Assembly: GCA_002269645.1 (NCBI GenBank)
Contig: NIVC01002937.1
Span: forward strand, 1-31,713
Source of the DNA: Macrostomum lignano
Taxonomy: Eukaryota
Reading direction: 5' to 3'
Length of the DNA stretch: 31,713 nucleotides
Shown here piece by piece: positions 10,503 through 23,228 of the stretch. Position 1 is the stretch's first letter. Every line of letters begins with the position of its first letter. Made by a program: the position numbers and the translations under genes. The notes under the pieces were generated by a model, which saw nothing but the letters and a program-made list of their open reading frames with translations, was not told where the DNA came from and made no database searches.

Positions 10503-13500
10503 ACCGGACTGACCAGCGTCTCAGGTGCCTCAGCCGACTTCTTAGAAGTGTCCAGACGTGAGGTGTCAGCCTATAGTCGACTTAATGGCTCTTGGTCTTA
10601 AAGTCTTGGTCGATATCTTGCTGGAGTTGCTTGCGTCACTCGTCTGCATCAAAGCTGACTTGCCGTCTCCAGACTGGGCCTGTCAAATTTGGCATTTATA
10701 CGAGAATTAAGGATTGACAGTTTACAACTGATATTCTACTGAGACTTTGAAACAGACTGGCATATTGGTGTCAGTGCAGTCTGTAGGTTAGCTGGACCAC
10801 CTAAACTTGAATTCCACCTCCTATCTGTGAGGCTCTTCAACAGACTGGCTCAGTTGCGTCAGTGCAGTCTGTAGGTTAGCTGGACCACCTAAACTTGAAT
10901 TCCACCTCCTATTGGAGAGGCTCTTCAACAGACTGGCTCAGTTGCGTCAGTGCAGTCTGTAGGTTAGCTGGACCAGCTAAACTTGAATTCCACCTCCTAT
11001 CTGTGAGGCTCTTAAACAGACTTGATCAGTTGCGTCAGTACAGTCTGTAGGTTAGCTGGACCACCTAAACTTGAATTCCACCCCATCTGTGAGGCTCTAA
11101 AACAGACTGGCTCTGTGGCGTCAGTACAGTCTGTAGGTTAGCTGCACCAGTTCAATTAGAATAGGATAAGCCAAATCTGAACACTTTGCAGCAAGCTCAC
11201 CACAGTAGATTCAATCTCGTCCTATGACTGAACTGCGATGAGGCAACACGTCTGTCCACCGGACTGACCAGCGTCTCAGGTGCCTCAGCTGACTTCTTAG
11301 AAGTGTCCAGACGTGAGGTGTCAGCCTATAGTCGACTTAATGGCTCTTGGTCTTAAAGTCTTGGTCGATATCTTGCTGGAGTTGCTTGCGTCACTCGTCT
11401 GCATCAAAGCTGACTTGCCGTCTCCAGACTGGGCCTGTCAAATTTGGCATTTATACGAGAATTCAGGATTGACAGTTTACAACTGATATTCTACTGAGAC
11501 TTTGAAACAGACTGGCATATTGGTGTCAGTGCAGTCTGTAGGTTAGCTGGACCACCTAAACTTGAATTCCACCTCCTATCTGTGAGGCTCTTCAACAGAC
11601 TGGCTCAGTTGCGTCAGTGCAGTCTGTAGGTTAGCTGGACCAGCTAAACTTGAATTCCACCTCCTATTGGTGAGGCTCTAAAACAGACTGGCTCAGTTGC
11701 GTCAGTGCAGTCTGTAGGTTAGCTGGACCACCTAAACTTGAATTCCACCTCCTATCTGTGAGGCTCTAAAACAGACTGGATCAGTTGCGTCAGTACAGTC
11801 TGTAGGTTAGCTGGACCACCTAAACTTGAATTCCACCCCATCTGTGAGGCTCTAAAACAGACTGGCTCTGTGGCGTCAGTACAGTCTGTAGGTTAGCTGG
11901 ACCAGTTCAATTAGAATAGGATAAGCCAAATCTGAACACTTTGCAGCAAGCTCACCACAGTAGATTCAATCTCGTCCTATGACTGAACTGCGATGAGGCA
12001 ACACGTCTGTCCACCGGACTGACCAGCGTCTCAGGTGCCTCAGCTGACTTCTTAGAAGTGTCCAGACGTGAGGTGTCAGCCTATAGTCGACTTAATGGCT
12101 CTTGGTCTTAAAGTCTTGGTCGATATCTTGCTGGAGTTGCTTGCGTCACTCGTCTGCATCAAAGCTGACTTGCCGTCTCCAGACTGGGCCTGTCAAATTT
12201 GGCATTTATACGAGAATTCAGGATTGACAGTTTACAACTGATATTCTACTGAGACTTTGAAACAGACTGGCATATTGGTGTCAGTACAGTCTGTAGGTTA
12301 GCTGGACCACCTAAACTTGAATTCCACCTCCTATCTGTGAGGCTCTTCAACAGACTGGCTCAGTTGCGTCAGTGCAGTCTGTGGTTAGCTGGACCACCTA
12401 AACTTGAATTCCACCTCCTATCTGTGAGGCTCTTCAACAGACTGGCTCAGTTGCGTCAGTGCAGTCTGTAGGTTAGCTGGACCAGCTAAACTTGAATTCC
12501 ACCTCCTATCTGTGAGGCTCTTAAACAGACTTGATCAGTTGCGTCAGTACAGTCTGTAGGTTAGCTGGACCACCTAAACTTGAATTCCACCCCATCTGTG
12601 AGGCTCTAAAACAGACTGGCTCTGTGGCGTCAGTACAGTCTGTAGGTTAGCTGCACCAGTTCAATTAGAATAGGATAAGCCAAATCTGAACACTTTGCAG
12701 CAAGCTCACCACAGTAGATTCAATCTCGTCCTATGACTGAACTGCGATGAGGCAACACGTCTGTCCACCGGACTGACCAGCGTCTCAGGTGCCTCAGCCG
12801 ACTTCTTAGAAGTGTCCAGACGTGAGGTGTCAGCCTATAGTCGAATTAATGGCTCTTGGTCTTAAAGTCTTGGTCGATATCTTGCTGGAGTTGCTTGCGT
12901 CACTCGTCTGCATCAAAGCTGACTTGCCGTCTCCAGACTGGGCCTGTCAAATTTGGCATTTATACGAGAATTCAGGATTGACAGTTTACAACTGATATTC
13001 TACTGAGACTTTGAAACAGACTGGCATATTGGTGTCAGTACAGTCTGTAGGTTAGCTGGACCACCTAAACTTGAATTCCACCTCCTATCTGTGAGGCTCT
13101 TCAACAGACTGGCTCAGTTGCGTCAGTGCAGTCTGTAGGTTAGCTGGACCAGCTAAACTTGAATTCCACCTCCTATCTGTGAGGCTCTTCAACAGACTGG
13201 CTCAGTTGCGTCAGTGCAGTCTGTAGGTTAGCTGGACCAGCTAAACTTGAATTCCACCTCCTATCTGTGAGGCTCTTAAACAGACTTGATCAGTTGCGTC
13301 AGTACAGTCTGTAGGTTAGCTGGACCACCTAAACTTGAATTCCACCCCATCTGTGAGGCTCTAAAACAGACTGGCTCTGTGGCGTCAGTACAGTCTGTAG
13401 GTTAGCTGGACCAGTTCAATTAGAATAGGATAAGCCAAATCTGAACACTTTTGCAGCAAGCTCACCACAGTAGATTCAATCTCGTCCTATGACTGAACTG

Positions 13501-16500
13501 CGATGAGGCAACACGTCTGTCCACCGGACTGACCAGCGTCTCAGGTGCCTCAGCCGACTTCTTAGAAGTGTCCAGACGTGAGGTGTCAGCCTATAGTCGA
13601 CTAATGGCTCTTGGCCTTTAAAGTCTTGGTCGATATCTTGCTGGAGTTGCTTGCGTCACTCGTCTGCATCAAAGCTGACTTGCCGTCTCCAGACTGGGCC
13701 TGTCAAATTTGGCATTTATACGAGAATTCAGGATTGACAGTTTACAACTGATATTCTACTGAGACTTTGAAACAGACTGGCATATTGGTGTCAGTACAGT
13801 CTGTAGGTTAGCTGGACCACCTAAACTTGAATTCCACCTCCTATCTGTGAGGCTCTTCAACAGACTGGCTCAGTTGCGTCAGTGCAGTCTGTAGGTTAGC
13901 TGGACCAGCTAAACTTGAATTCCACCTCCTATTGGTGAGGCTCTAAAACAGACTGGCTCAGTTGCGTCAGTGCAGTCTGTAGGTTAGCTGGACCACCTAA
14001 ACTTGAATTCCACCTCCTATCTGTGAGGCTCTAAAACAGACTGGATCAGTTGCGTCAGTACAGTCTGTAGGTTAGCTGGACCACCTAAACTTGAATTCCA
14101 CCCCATCTGTGAGGCTCTAAAACAGACTGGCTCTGTGGCGTCAGTACAGTCTGTAGGTTAGCTGGACCAGTTCAATTAGAATAGGATAAGCCAAATCTGA
14201 ACACTTTGCAGCAAGCTCACCACAGTAGATTCAATCTCGTCCTATGACTGAACTGCGATGAGGCAACACGTCTGTCCACCGGACTGACCAGCGTCTCAGG
14301 TGCCTCAGCTGACTTCTTAGAAGTGTCCAGACGTGAGGTGTCAGCCTATAGTCGACTTAATGGCTCTTGGTCTTAAAGTCTTGGTCGATATCTTGCTGGA
14401 GTTGCTTGCGTCACTCGTCTGCATCAAAGCTGACTTGCCGTCTCCAGACTGGGCCTGTCAAATTTGGCATTTATACGAGAATTCAGGATTGACAGTTTAC
14501 AACTGATATTCTACTGAGACTTTGAAACAGACTGGCATATTGGTGTCAGTACAGTCTGTAGGTTAGCTGGACCACCTAAACTTGAATTCCACCTCCTATC
14601 TGTGAGGCTCTTCAACAGACTGGCTCTGTGGCGTCAGTGCAGTCTGTAGGTTAGCTGGACCAGCTAAACTTGAATTCCACCTCCTATCTGTGAGGCTCTT
14701 AAACAGACTTGATCAGTTGCGTCAGTACAGTCTGTAGGTTAGCTGGACCACCTAAACTTGAATTCCACCCCATCTGTGAGGCTCTAAAACAGACTGGCTC
14801 TGTGGCGTCAGTACAGTCTGTAGGTTAGCTGGACCAGTTCAATTAGAATAGGATAAACCAAATCTGAACACTTTTGCAGCAAGCTCACCACAGTAGATTC
14901 AATCTCGTCCTATGACTGAACTGCGATGAGGCAACACGTCTGTCCACCGGACTGACCAGCGTCTCAGGTGCCTCAGCCGACTTCTTAGAAGTGTCCAGAC
15001 GTGAGGTGTCAGCCTATAGTCGACTAATGGCTCTTGGCCTTTAAAGTCTTGGTCGATATCTTGCTGGAGTTGCTTGCGTCACTCGTCTGCATCAAAGCTG
15101 ACTTGCCGTCTCCAGACTGGGCCTGTCAAATTTGGCATTTATACGAGAATTAAGGATTGACAGTTTACAACTGATATTCTACTGAGACTTTGAAACAGAC
15201 TGGCATATTGGTGTCAGTGCAGTCTGTAGGTTAGCTGGACCACCTAAACTTGAATTCCACCTCCTATCTGTGAGGCTCTTCAACAGACTGGCTCAGTTGC
15301 GTCAGTGCAGTCTGTAGGTTAGCTGGACCAGCTAAACTTGAATTCCACCTCCTATTGGAGAGGCTCTTCAACAGACTGGCTCAGTTGCGTCAGTGCAGTC
15401 TGTAGGTTAGCTGGACCAGCTAAACTTGAATTCCACCTCCTATCTGTGAGGCTCTTAAACAGACTTGATCAGTTGCGTCAGTACAGTCTGTAGGTTAGCT
15501 GGACCACCTAAACTTGAATTCCACCCCATCTGTGAGGCTCTAAAACAGACTGGCTCTGTGGCGTCAGTACAGTCTGTAGGTTAGCTGCACCAGTTCAATT
15601 AGAATAGGATAAGCCAAATCTGAACACTTTGCAGCAAGCTCACCACAGTAGATTCAATCTCGTCCTATGACTGAACTGCGATGAGGCAACACGTCTGTCC
15701 ACCGGACTGACCAGCGTCTCAGGTGCCTCAGCTGACTTCTTAGAAGTGTCCAGACGTGAGGTGTCAGCCTATAGTCGACTTAATGGCTCTTGGTCTTAAA
15801 GTCTTGGTCGATATCTTGCTGGAGTTGCTTGCGTCACTCGTCTGCATCAAAGCTGACTTGCCGTCTCCAGACTGGGCCTGTCAAATTTGGCATTTATACG
15901 AGAATTCAGGATTGACAGTTTACAACTGATATTCTACTGAGACTTTGAAACAGACTGGCATATTGGTGTCAGTGCAGTCTGTAGGTTAGCTGGACCACCT
16001 AAACTTGAATTCCACCTCCTATCTGTGAGGCTCTTCAACAGACTGGCTCAGTTGCGTCAGTGCAGTCTGTAGGTTAGCTGGACCAGCTAAACTTGAATTC
16101 CACCTCCTATTGGTGAGGCTCTAAAACAGACTGGCTCAGTTGCGTCAGTGCAGTCTGTAGGTTAGCTGGACCACCTAAACTTGAATTCCACCTCCTATCT
16201 GTGAGGCTCTAAAACAGACTGGATCAGTTGCGTCAGTACAGTCTGTAGGTTAGCTGGACCACCTAAACTTGAATTCCACCCCATCTGTGAGGCTCTAAAA
16301 CAGACTGGCTCTGTGGCGTCAGTACAGTCTGTAGGTTAGCTGGACCAGTTCAATTAGAATAGGATAAGCCAAATCTGAACACTTTGCAGCAAGCTCACCA
16401 CAGTAGATTCAATCTCGTCCTATGACTGAACTGCGATGAGGCAACACGTCTGTCCACCGGACTGACCAGCGTCTCAGGTGCCTCAGCTGACTTCTTAGAA

Positions 16501-19500
16501 GTGTCCAGACGTGAGGTGTCAGCCTATAGTCGACTTAATGGCTCTTGGTCTTAAAGTCTTGGTCGATATCTTGCTGGAGTTGCTTGCGTCACTCGTCTGC
16601 ATCAAAGCTGACTTGCCGTCTCCAGACTGGGCCTGTCAAATTTGGCATTTATACGAGAATTCAGGATTGACAGTTTACAACTGATATTCTACTGAGACTT
16701 TGAAACAGACTGGCATATTGGTGTCAGTACAGTCTGTAGGTTAGCTGGACCACCTAAACTTGAATTCCACCTCCTATCTGTGAGGCTCTTCAACAGACTG
16801 GCTCAGTTGCGTCAGTGCAGTCTGTGGGTTAGCTGGACCACCTAAACTTGAATTCCACCTCCTATCTGTGAGGCTCTTCAACAGACTGGCTCAGTTGCGT
16901 CAGTGCAGTCTGTAGGTTAGCTGGACCAGCTAAACTTGAATTCCACCTCCTATCTGTGAGGCTCTTAAACAGACTTGATCAGTTGCGTCAGTACAGTCTG
17001 TAGGTTAGCTGGACCACCTAAACTTGAATTCCACCCCATCTGTGAGGCTCTAAAACAGACTGGCTCTGTGGCGTCAGTACAGTCTGTAGGTTAGCTGCAC
17101 CAGTTCAATTAGAATAGGATAAGCCAAATCTGAACACTTTGCAGCAAGCTCACCACAGTAGATTCAATCTCGTCCTATGACTGAACTGCGATGAGGCAAC
17201 ACGTCTGTCCACCGGACTGACCAGCGTCTCAGGTGCCTCAGCCGACTTCTTAGAAGTGTCCAGACGTGAGGTGTCAGCCTATAGTCGAATTAATGGCTCT
17301 TGGTCTTAAAGTCTTGGTCGATATCTTGCTGGAGTTGCTTGCGTCACTCGTCTGCATCAAAGCTGACTTGCCGTCTCCAGACTGGGCCTGTCAAATTTGG
17401 CATTTATACGAGAATTAAGGATTGACAGTTTACAACTGATATTCTACTGAGACTTTGAAACAGACTGGCATATTGGTGTCAGTACAGTCTGTAGGTTAGC
17501 TGGACCACCTAAACTTGAATTCCACCTCCTATCTGTGAGGCTCTTCAACAGACTGGCTCAGTTGCGTCAGTGCAGTCTGTAGGTTAGCTGGACCAGCTAA
17601 ACTTGAATTCCACCTCCTATCTGTGAGGCTCTTCAACAGACTGGCTCAGTTGCGTCAGTGCAGTCTGTAGGTTAGCTGGACCAGCTAAACTTGAATTCCA
17701 CCTCCTATCTGTGAGGCTCTTAAACAGACTTGATCAGTTGCGTCAGTACAGTCTGTAGGTTAGCTGGACCACCTAAACTTGAATTCCACCCCATCTGTGA
17801 GGCTCTAAAACAGACTGGCTCTGTGGCGTCAGTACAGTCTGTAGGTTAGCTGGACCAGTTCAATTAGAATAGGATAAGCCAAATCTGAACACTTTTGCAG
17901 CAAGCTCACCACAGTAGATTCAATCTCGTCCTATGACTGAACTGCGATGAGGCAACACGTCTGTCCACCGGACTGACCAGCGTCTCAGGTGCCTCAGCCG
18001 ACTTCTTAGAAGTGTCCAGACGTGAGGTGTCAGCCTATAGTCGACTAATGGCTCTTGGCCTTTAAAGTCTTGGTCGATATCTTGCTGGAGTTGCTTGCGT
18101 CACTCGTCTGCATCAAAGCTGACTTGCCGTCTCCAGACTGGGCCTGTCAAATTTGGCATTTATACGAGAATTCAGGATTGACAGTTTACAACTGATATTC
18201 TACTGAGACTTTGAAACAGACTGGCATATTGGTGTCAGTACAGTCTGTAGGTTAGCTGGACCACCTAAACTTGAATTCCACCTCCTATCTGTGAGGCTCT
18301 TCAACAGACTGGCTCAGTTGCGTCAGTGCAGTCTGTAGGTTAGCTGGACCAGCTAAACTTGAATTCCACCTCCTATTGGTGAGGCTCTAAAACAGACTGG
18401 CTCAGTTGCGTCAGTGCAGTCTGTAGGTTAGCTGGACCACCTAAACTTGAATTCCACCTCCTATCTGTGAGGCTCTAAAACAGACTGGATCAGTTGCGTC
18501 AGTACAGTCTGTAGGTTAGCTGGACCACCTAAACTTGAATTCCACCCCATCTGTGAGGCTCTAAAACAGACTGGCTCTGTGGCGTCAGTACAGTCTGTAG
18601 GTTAGCTGGACCAGTTCAATTAGAATAGGATAAGCCAAATCTGAACACTTTGCAGCAAGCTCACCACAGTAGATTCAATCTCGTCCTATGACTGAACTGC
18701 GATGAGGCAACACGTCTGTCCACCGGACTGACCAGCGTCTCAGGTGCCTCAGCTGACTTCTTAGAAGTGTCCAGACGTGAGGTGTCAGCCTATAGTCGAC
18801 TTAATGGCTCTTGGTCTTAAAGTCTTGGTCGATATCTTGCTGGAGTTGCTTGCGTCACTCGTCTGCATCAAAGCTGACTTGCCGTCTCCAGACTGGGCCT
18901 GTCAAATTTGGCATTTATACGAGAATTCAGGATTGACAGTTTACAACTGATATTCTACTGAGACTTTGAAACAGACTGGCATATTGGTGTCAGTACAGTC
19001 TGTAGGTTAGCTGGACCACCTAAACTTGAATTCCACCTCCTATCTGTGAGGCTCTTCAACAGACTGGCTCTGTGGCGTCAGTGCAGTCTGTAGGTTAGCT
19101 GGACCAGCTAAACTTGAATTCCACCTCCTATCTGTGAGGCTCTTAAACAGACTTGATCAGTTGCGTCAGTACAGTCTGTAGGTTAGCTGGACCACCTAAA
19201 CTTGAATTCCACCCCATCTGTGAGGCTCTAAAACAGACTGGCTCTGTGGCGTCAGTACAGTCTGTAGGTTAGCTGGACCAGTTCAATTAGAATAGGATAA
19301 ACCAAATCTGAACACTTTTGCAGCAAGCTCACCACAGTAGATTCAATCTCGTCCTATGACTGAACTGCGATGAGGCAACACGTCTGTCCACCGGACTGAC
19401 CAGCGTCTCAGGTGCCTCAGCCGACTTCTTAGAAGTGTCCAGACGTGAGGTGTCAGCCTATAGTCGACTAATGGCTCTTGGCCTTTAAAGTCTTGGTCGA

Positions 19501-20898
19501 TATCTTGCTGGAGTTGCTTGCGTCACTCGTCTGCATCAAAGCTGACTTGCCGTCTCCAGACTGGGCCTGTCAAATTTGGCATTTATACGAGAATTAAGGA
19601 TTGACAGTTTACAACTGATATTCTACTGAGACTTTGAAACAGACTGGCATATTGGTGTCAGTGCAGTCTGTAGGTTAGCTGGACCACCTAAACTTGAATT
19701 CCACCTCCTATCTGTGAGGCTCTTCAACAGACTGGCTCAGTTGCGTCAGTGCAGTCTGTAGGTTAGCTGGACCACCTAAACTTGAATTCCACCTCCTATT
19801 GGAGAGGCTCTTCAACAGACTGGCTCAGTTGCGTCAGTGCAGTCTGTAGGTTAGCTGGACCACCTAAACTTGAATTCCACCTCCTATCTGTGAGGCTCTT
19901 AAACAGACTTGATCAGTTGCGTCAGTACAGTCTGTAGGTTAGCTGGACCACCTAAACTTGAATTCCACCCCATCTGTGAGGCTCTAAAACAGACTGGCTC
20001 TGTGGCGTCAGTACAGTCTGTAGGTTAGCTGCACCAGTTCAATTAGAATAGGATAAGCCAAATCTGAACACTTTGCAGCAAGCTCACCACAGTAGATTCA
20101 ATCTCGTCCTATGACTGAACTGCGATGAGGCAACACGTCTGTCCACCGGACTGACCAGCGTCTCAGGTGCCTCAGCTGACTTCTTAGAAGTGTCCAGACG
20201 TGAGGTGTCAGCCTATAGTCGACTTAATGGCTCTTGGTCTTAAAGTCTTGGTCGATATCTTGCTGGAGTTGCTTGCGTCACTCGTCTGCATCAAAGCTGA
20301 CTTGCCGTCTCCAGACTGGGCCTGTCAAATTTGGCATTTATACGAGAATTCAGGATTGACAGTTTACAACTGATATTCTACTGAGACTTTGAAACAGACT
20401 GGCATATTGGTGTCAGTGCAGTCTGTAGGTTAGCTGGACCACCTAAACTTGAATTCCACCTCCTATCTGTGAGGCTCTTCAACAGACTGGCTCAGTTGCG
20501 TCAGTGCAGTCTGTAGGTTAGCTGGACCAGCTAAACTTGAATTCCACCTCCTATTGTGAGGCTCTAAAACAGACTGGCTCAGTTGCGTCAGTGCAGTCTG
20601 TAGGTTAGCTGGACCACCTAAACTTGAATTCCACCTCCTATCTGTGAGGCTCTAAAACAGACTGGATCAGTTGCGTCAGTACAGTCTGTAGGTTAGCTGG
20701 ACCACCTAAACTTGAATTCCACCCCATCTGTGAGGCTCTAAAACAGACTGGCTCTGTGGCGTCAGTACAGTCTGTAGGTTAGCTGGACCAGTTCAATTAG
20801 AATAGGATAAGCCAAATCTGAACACTTTGCAGCAAGCTCACCACAGTAGATTCAATCTCGTCCTATGACTGAACTGCGATGAGGCAACACGTCTGTCC
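10503..20898. repeat. 6-monomer higher-order repeat, period 4443-4444 bp, about 2.3 copies
   Basis: Rare variants recur at a fixed offset: ATTGGAGAGG at 10911/15354/19798, TCGAATTAAT at 12841/17285, GGATAAACC at 14851/19295. The monomer length pattern 755,755,754,756,755,668 repeats as 755,755,755,756,755,668. Confidence 0.9.
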
Positions 20899-22550
20899 AC
20901 CGGACTGACCAGCGTCTCAGGTGCCTCAGCTGACTTCTTAGAAGTGTCCAGACGTGAGGTGTCAGCCTATAGTCGACTTAATGGCTCTTGGTCTTAAAGT
21001 CTTGGTCGATATCTTGCTGGAGTTGCTTGCGTCACTCGTCTGCATCAAAGCTGACTTGCCGTCTCCAGACTGGGCCTGTCAAATTTGGCATTTATACGAG
21101 AATTAAGGATTGACAGTTTACAACTGATATTCTACTGAGACTTTGAAACAGACTGGCATATTGGTGTCAGTGCAGTCTGTAGGTTAGCTGGACCACCTTA
21201 ACTTGAATTCCACCTCCTATCTGTGAGGCTCTTCAACAGACTGGATCAGTTGCTTCAGTGCAGTCTGTAGGTTAGCTGGACCTCCTAAACTTGAATTCCA
21301 CCTCCCATCTGTGAGGCTCTTCAACAGACTGGCTCAGTTGCGTCAGTGCAGTCTGTAGGTTAGCTGGACCAGCTTAAGTTGTATGTGCATTGATTTGCTT
21401 ACCTGGTAGATTTTGCTTTTTGGTCTGGCAGGAAAACATATTTCTGAAATTTCGATTGAGTAGGTTCTTATTGAGGCTCGTTAATAAAGTTTATCATTTT
21501 TTCATCCTAAGTAACACTTCGTTTTGGTACTTACTGCAATTTCAATGCAATTTTTTAAAAACGTCGTCGAAAACATTTTTCACTAGCTTCCAAGTATTGT
21601 TAGATCTAAAAGTCGTGTGTTGTTTTATTAGCTACGTAGTAATCCAAAGGCTTGGTTTTACTAGAGAATTAGAACGCGAGGAAGTCAATCTTTTAAATTG
21701 AATCTTTTCATTTTATGCTTACCTTAGGTATCCAGTCCACTTGATGTAACATCTGTTACTGTTGCACCTCTCCGGGACTCTGTGCTATTGGGATATCTCC
21801 TGCGAGACATTCCTGTATCCTCGTGTATTGACTATTGACAGTTCAGTTGAATTTTTCAGTCTATCCGAGAAATTAGGTGGTCCATGTAAGCCTGTTTTAG
21901 CTAGACCAAAGGTTTTCACTTTTATAGCTCTGCCCCTCTCTGACTCGTTTAGTCGACGGACTGTCTGTCCCTTGGACTGTTCCTATTTGCTGGCATTCCC
22001 AGTAGGGGTGGTCCGATTTTTACCACCTCTCCGAAATCAGTCCTTAACCAATGCAGCACTAGTCTGTGTGACTGTGTTGTGCGCTTCAAGTTTCGTTTAC
22101 ATGGACCTCAACAGACGATTTGATGTGCGTGCAACTGTGTTTAGTGGGACCCAGGATAAACTAAAATAAAAAATATCAGACATTCGCTTTGAGCTTGGTT
22201 TGGTGCTTCCCCACCCCTAAACAGGGATCTGAGAGCAGAACCTTCTTCTCAAGGCCGAAACTCTCCAGCAGGATTATTTCTTATTGTGGTTCGACACTTT
22301 TATAAATATCAAATATCAAAAGGAATCTAAAAGAAGGAAAGTCGATAGGCCTATAGGATACAATATACATTTAAACTACTATCAGCAACTAACGCGACAA
22401 AGGAACCGTCATGGGAATAGTTTTCGGGCACAAAACCGTGGGAAGGCTTTGAAGAAAGCTCAACAAAGCCGTGTGTGCCAAATATAAGATCACGGAAATT
22501 AAATATATTACTTTTTTGGCGTAAAAGATGTTGTAAAAAGGTAAATTGCC

Positions 22551-22587
22551 AACAGACTGAAACAGACTGAAACAGACTGCAACAGAC
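22551..22587 (+). repeat. Short 10-bp tandem repeat (AACAGACTGA x2, AACAGACTGC, AACAGAC)
   Basis: Read directly. It contains TGAAACAGACTG, identical to the start of the first array subrepeat. Confidence 0.85.
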
Positions 22588-22618
22588 AAATTCAGAAATT
22601 TTCATTGACAATTTTTGT

Positions 22619-22847
22619 TTAGCTGGACCTTTTAGACCCGTTTTAGGTGGACATCGCAAAAAGTCCATGTAAACTGAAATGCATTTTTTTCTGAACATGA
22701 ATGCCGATGAATGTTGCGCTTTGTGGCACTCATTCCTGACATCCATTGCTCTGTTTTGTGGTCCTTATAAACCACTCAACGTTGTCTGGAGCAAAAATAT
22801 TCGGTGGTCCACCTACGCTGTCCACCTAAACCGAAAGGTCCAGCTAA
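22619..22847. repeat. Bipartite inverted repeat enclosing ~165 bp
   Basis: TTAGCTGGACCTTT (22619-22632) is the reverse complement of AAAGGTCCAGCTAA (22834-22847). TTTAGGTGGACA (22642-22653) is the reverse complement of TGTCCACCTAAA (22819-22830). Confidence 0.8.
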
Positions 22848-22896
22848 TGCGGCAACTGAACCGACGAAAGGTCCAAGTAAACACACAGACAGTAAC

Positions 22897-23228
<332 letters not shown>

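Larger units (their letters stand above)
1..21374. repeat. Complex tandem satellite array: 30 full monomers plus 1 partial, monomer ~491/580/668/755 bp
   Basis: The motif ACCGGACTGACCAGCGTCTCAGG recurs at 1, 753, 1332, 2088, 2668, 3423, 4003, 4759, 5426, 6006, 6497, 7077, 7832, 8500, 9255, 9923, 10503, 11258, 12013, 12767, 13523, 14278, 14946, 15701, 16456, 17211, 17967, 18722, 19390, 20145 and 20899 (the copy at 1 lacks one C). Length classes differ by ~88 bp. The ORF track has no ORF here. The array runs off the left edge and ends at ...GGACCAGCTT near 21374. Confidence 0.98.

Noticed and set aside
21390-22746. ORF-track ORFs of 66-135 aa in the array flank
   Set aside because: Mostly non-ATG starts, AT-rich, mutually overlapping and without recognisable motifs.
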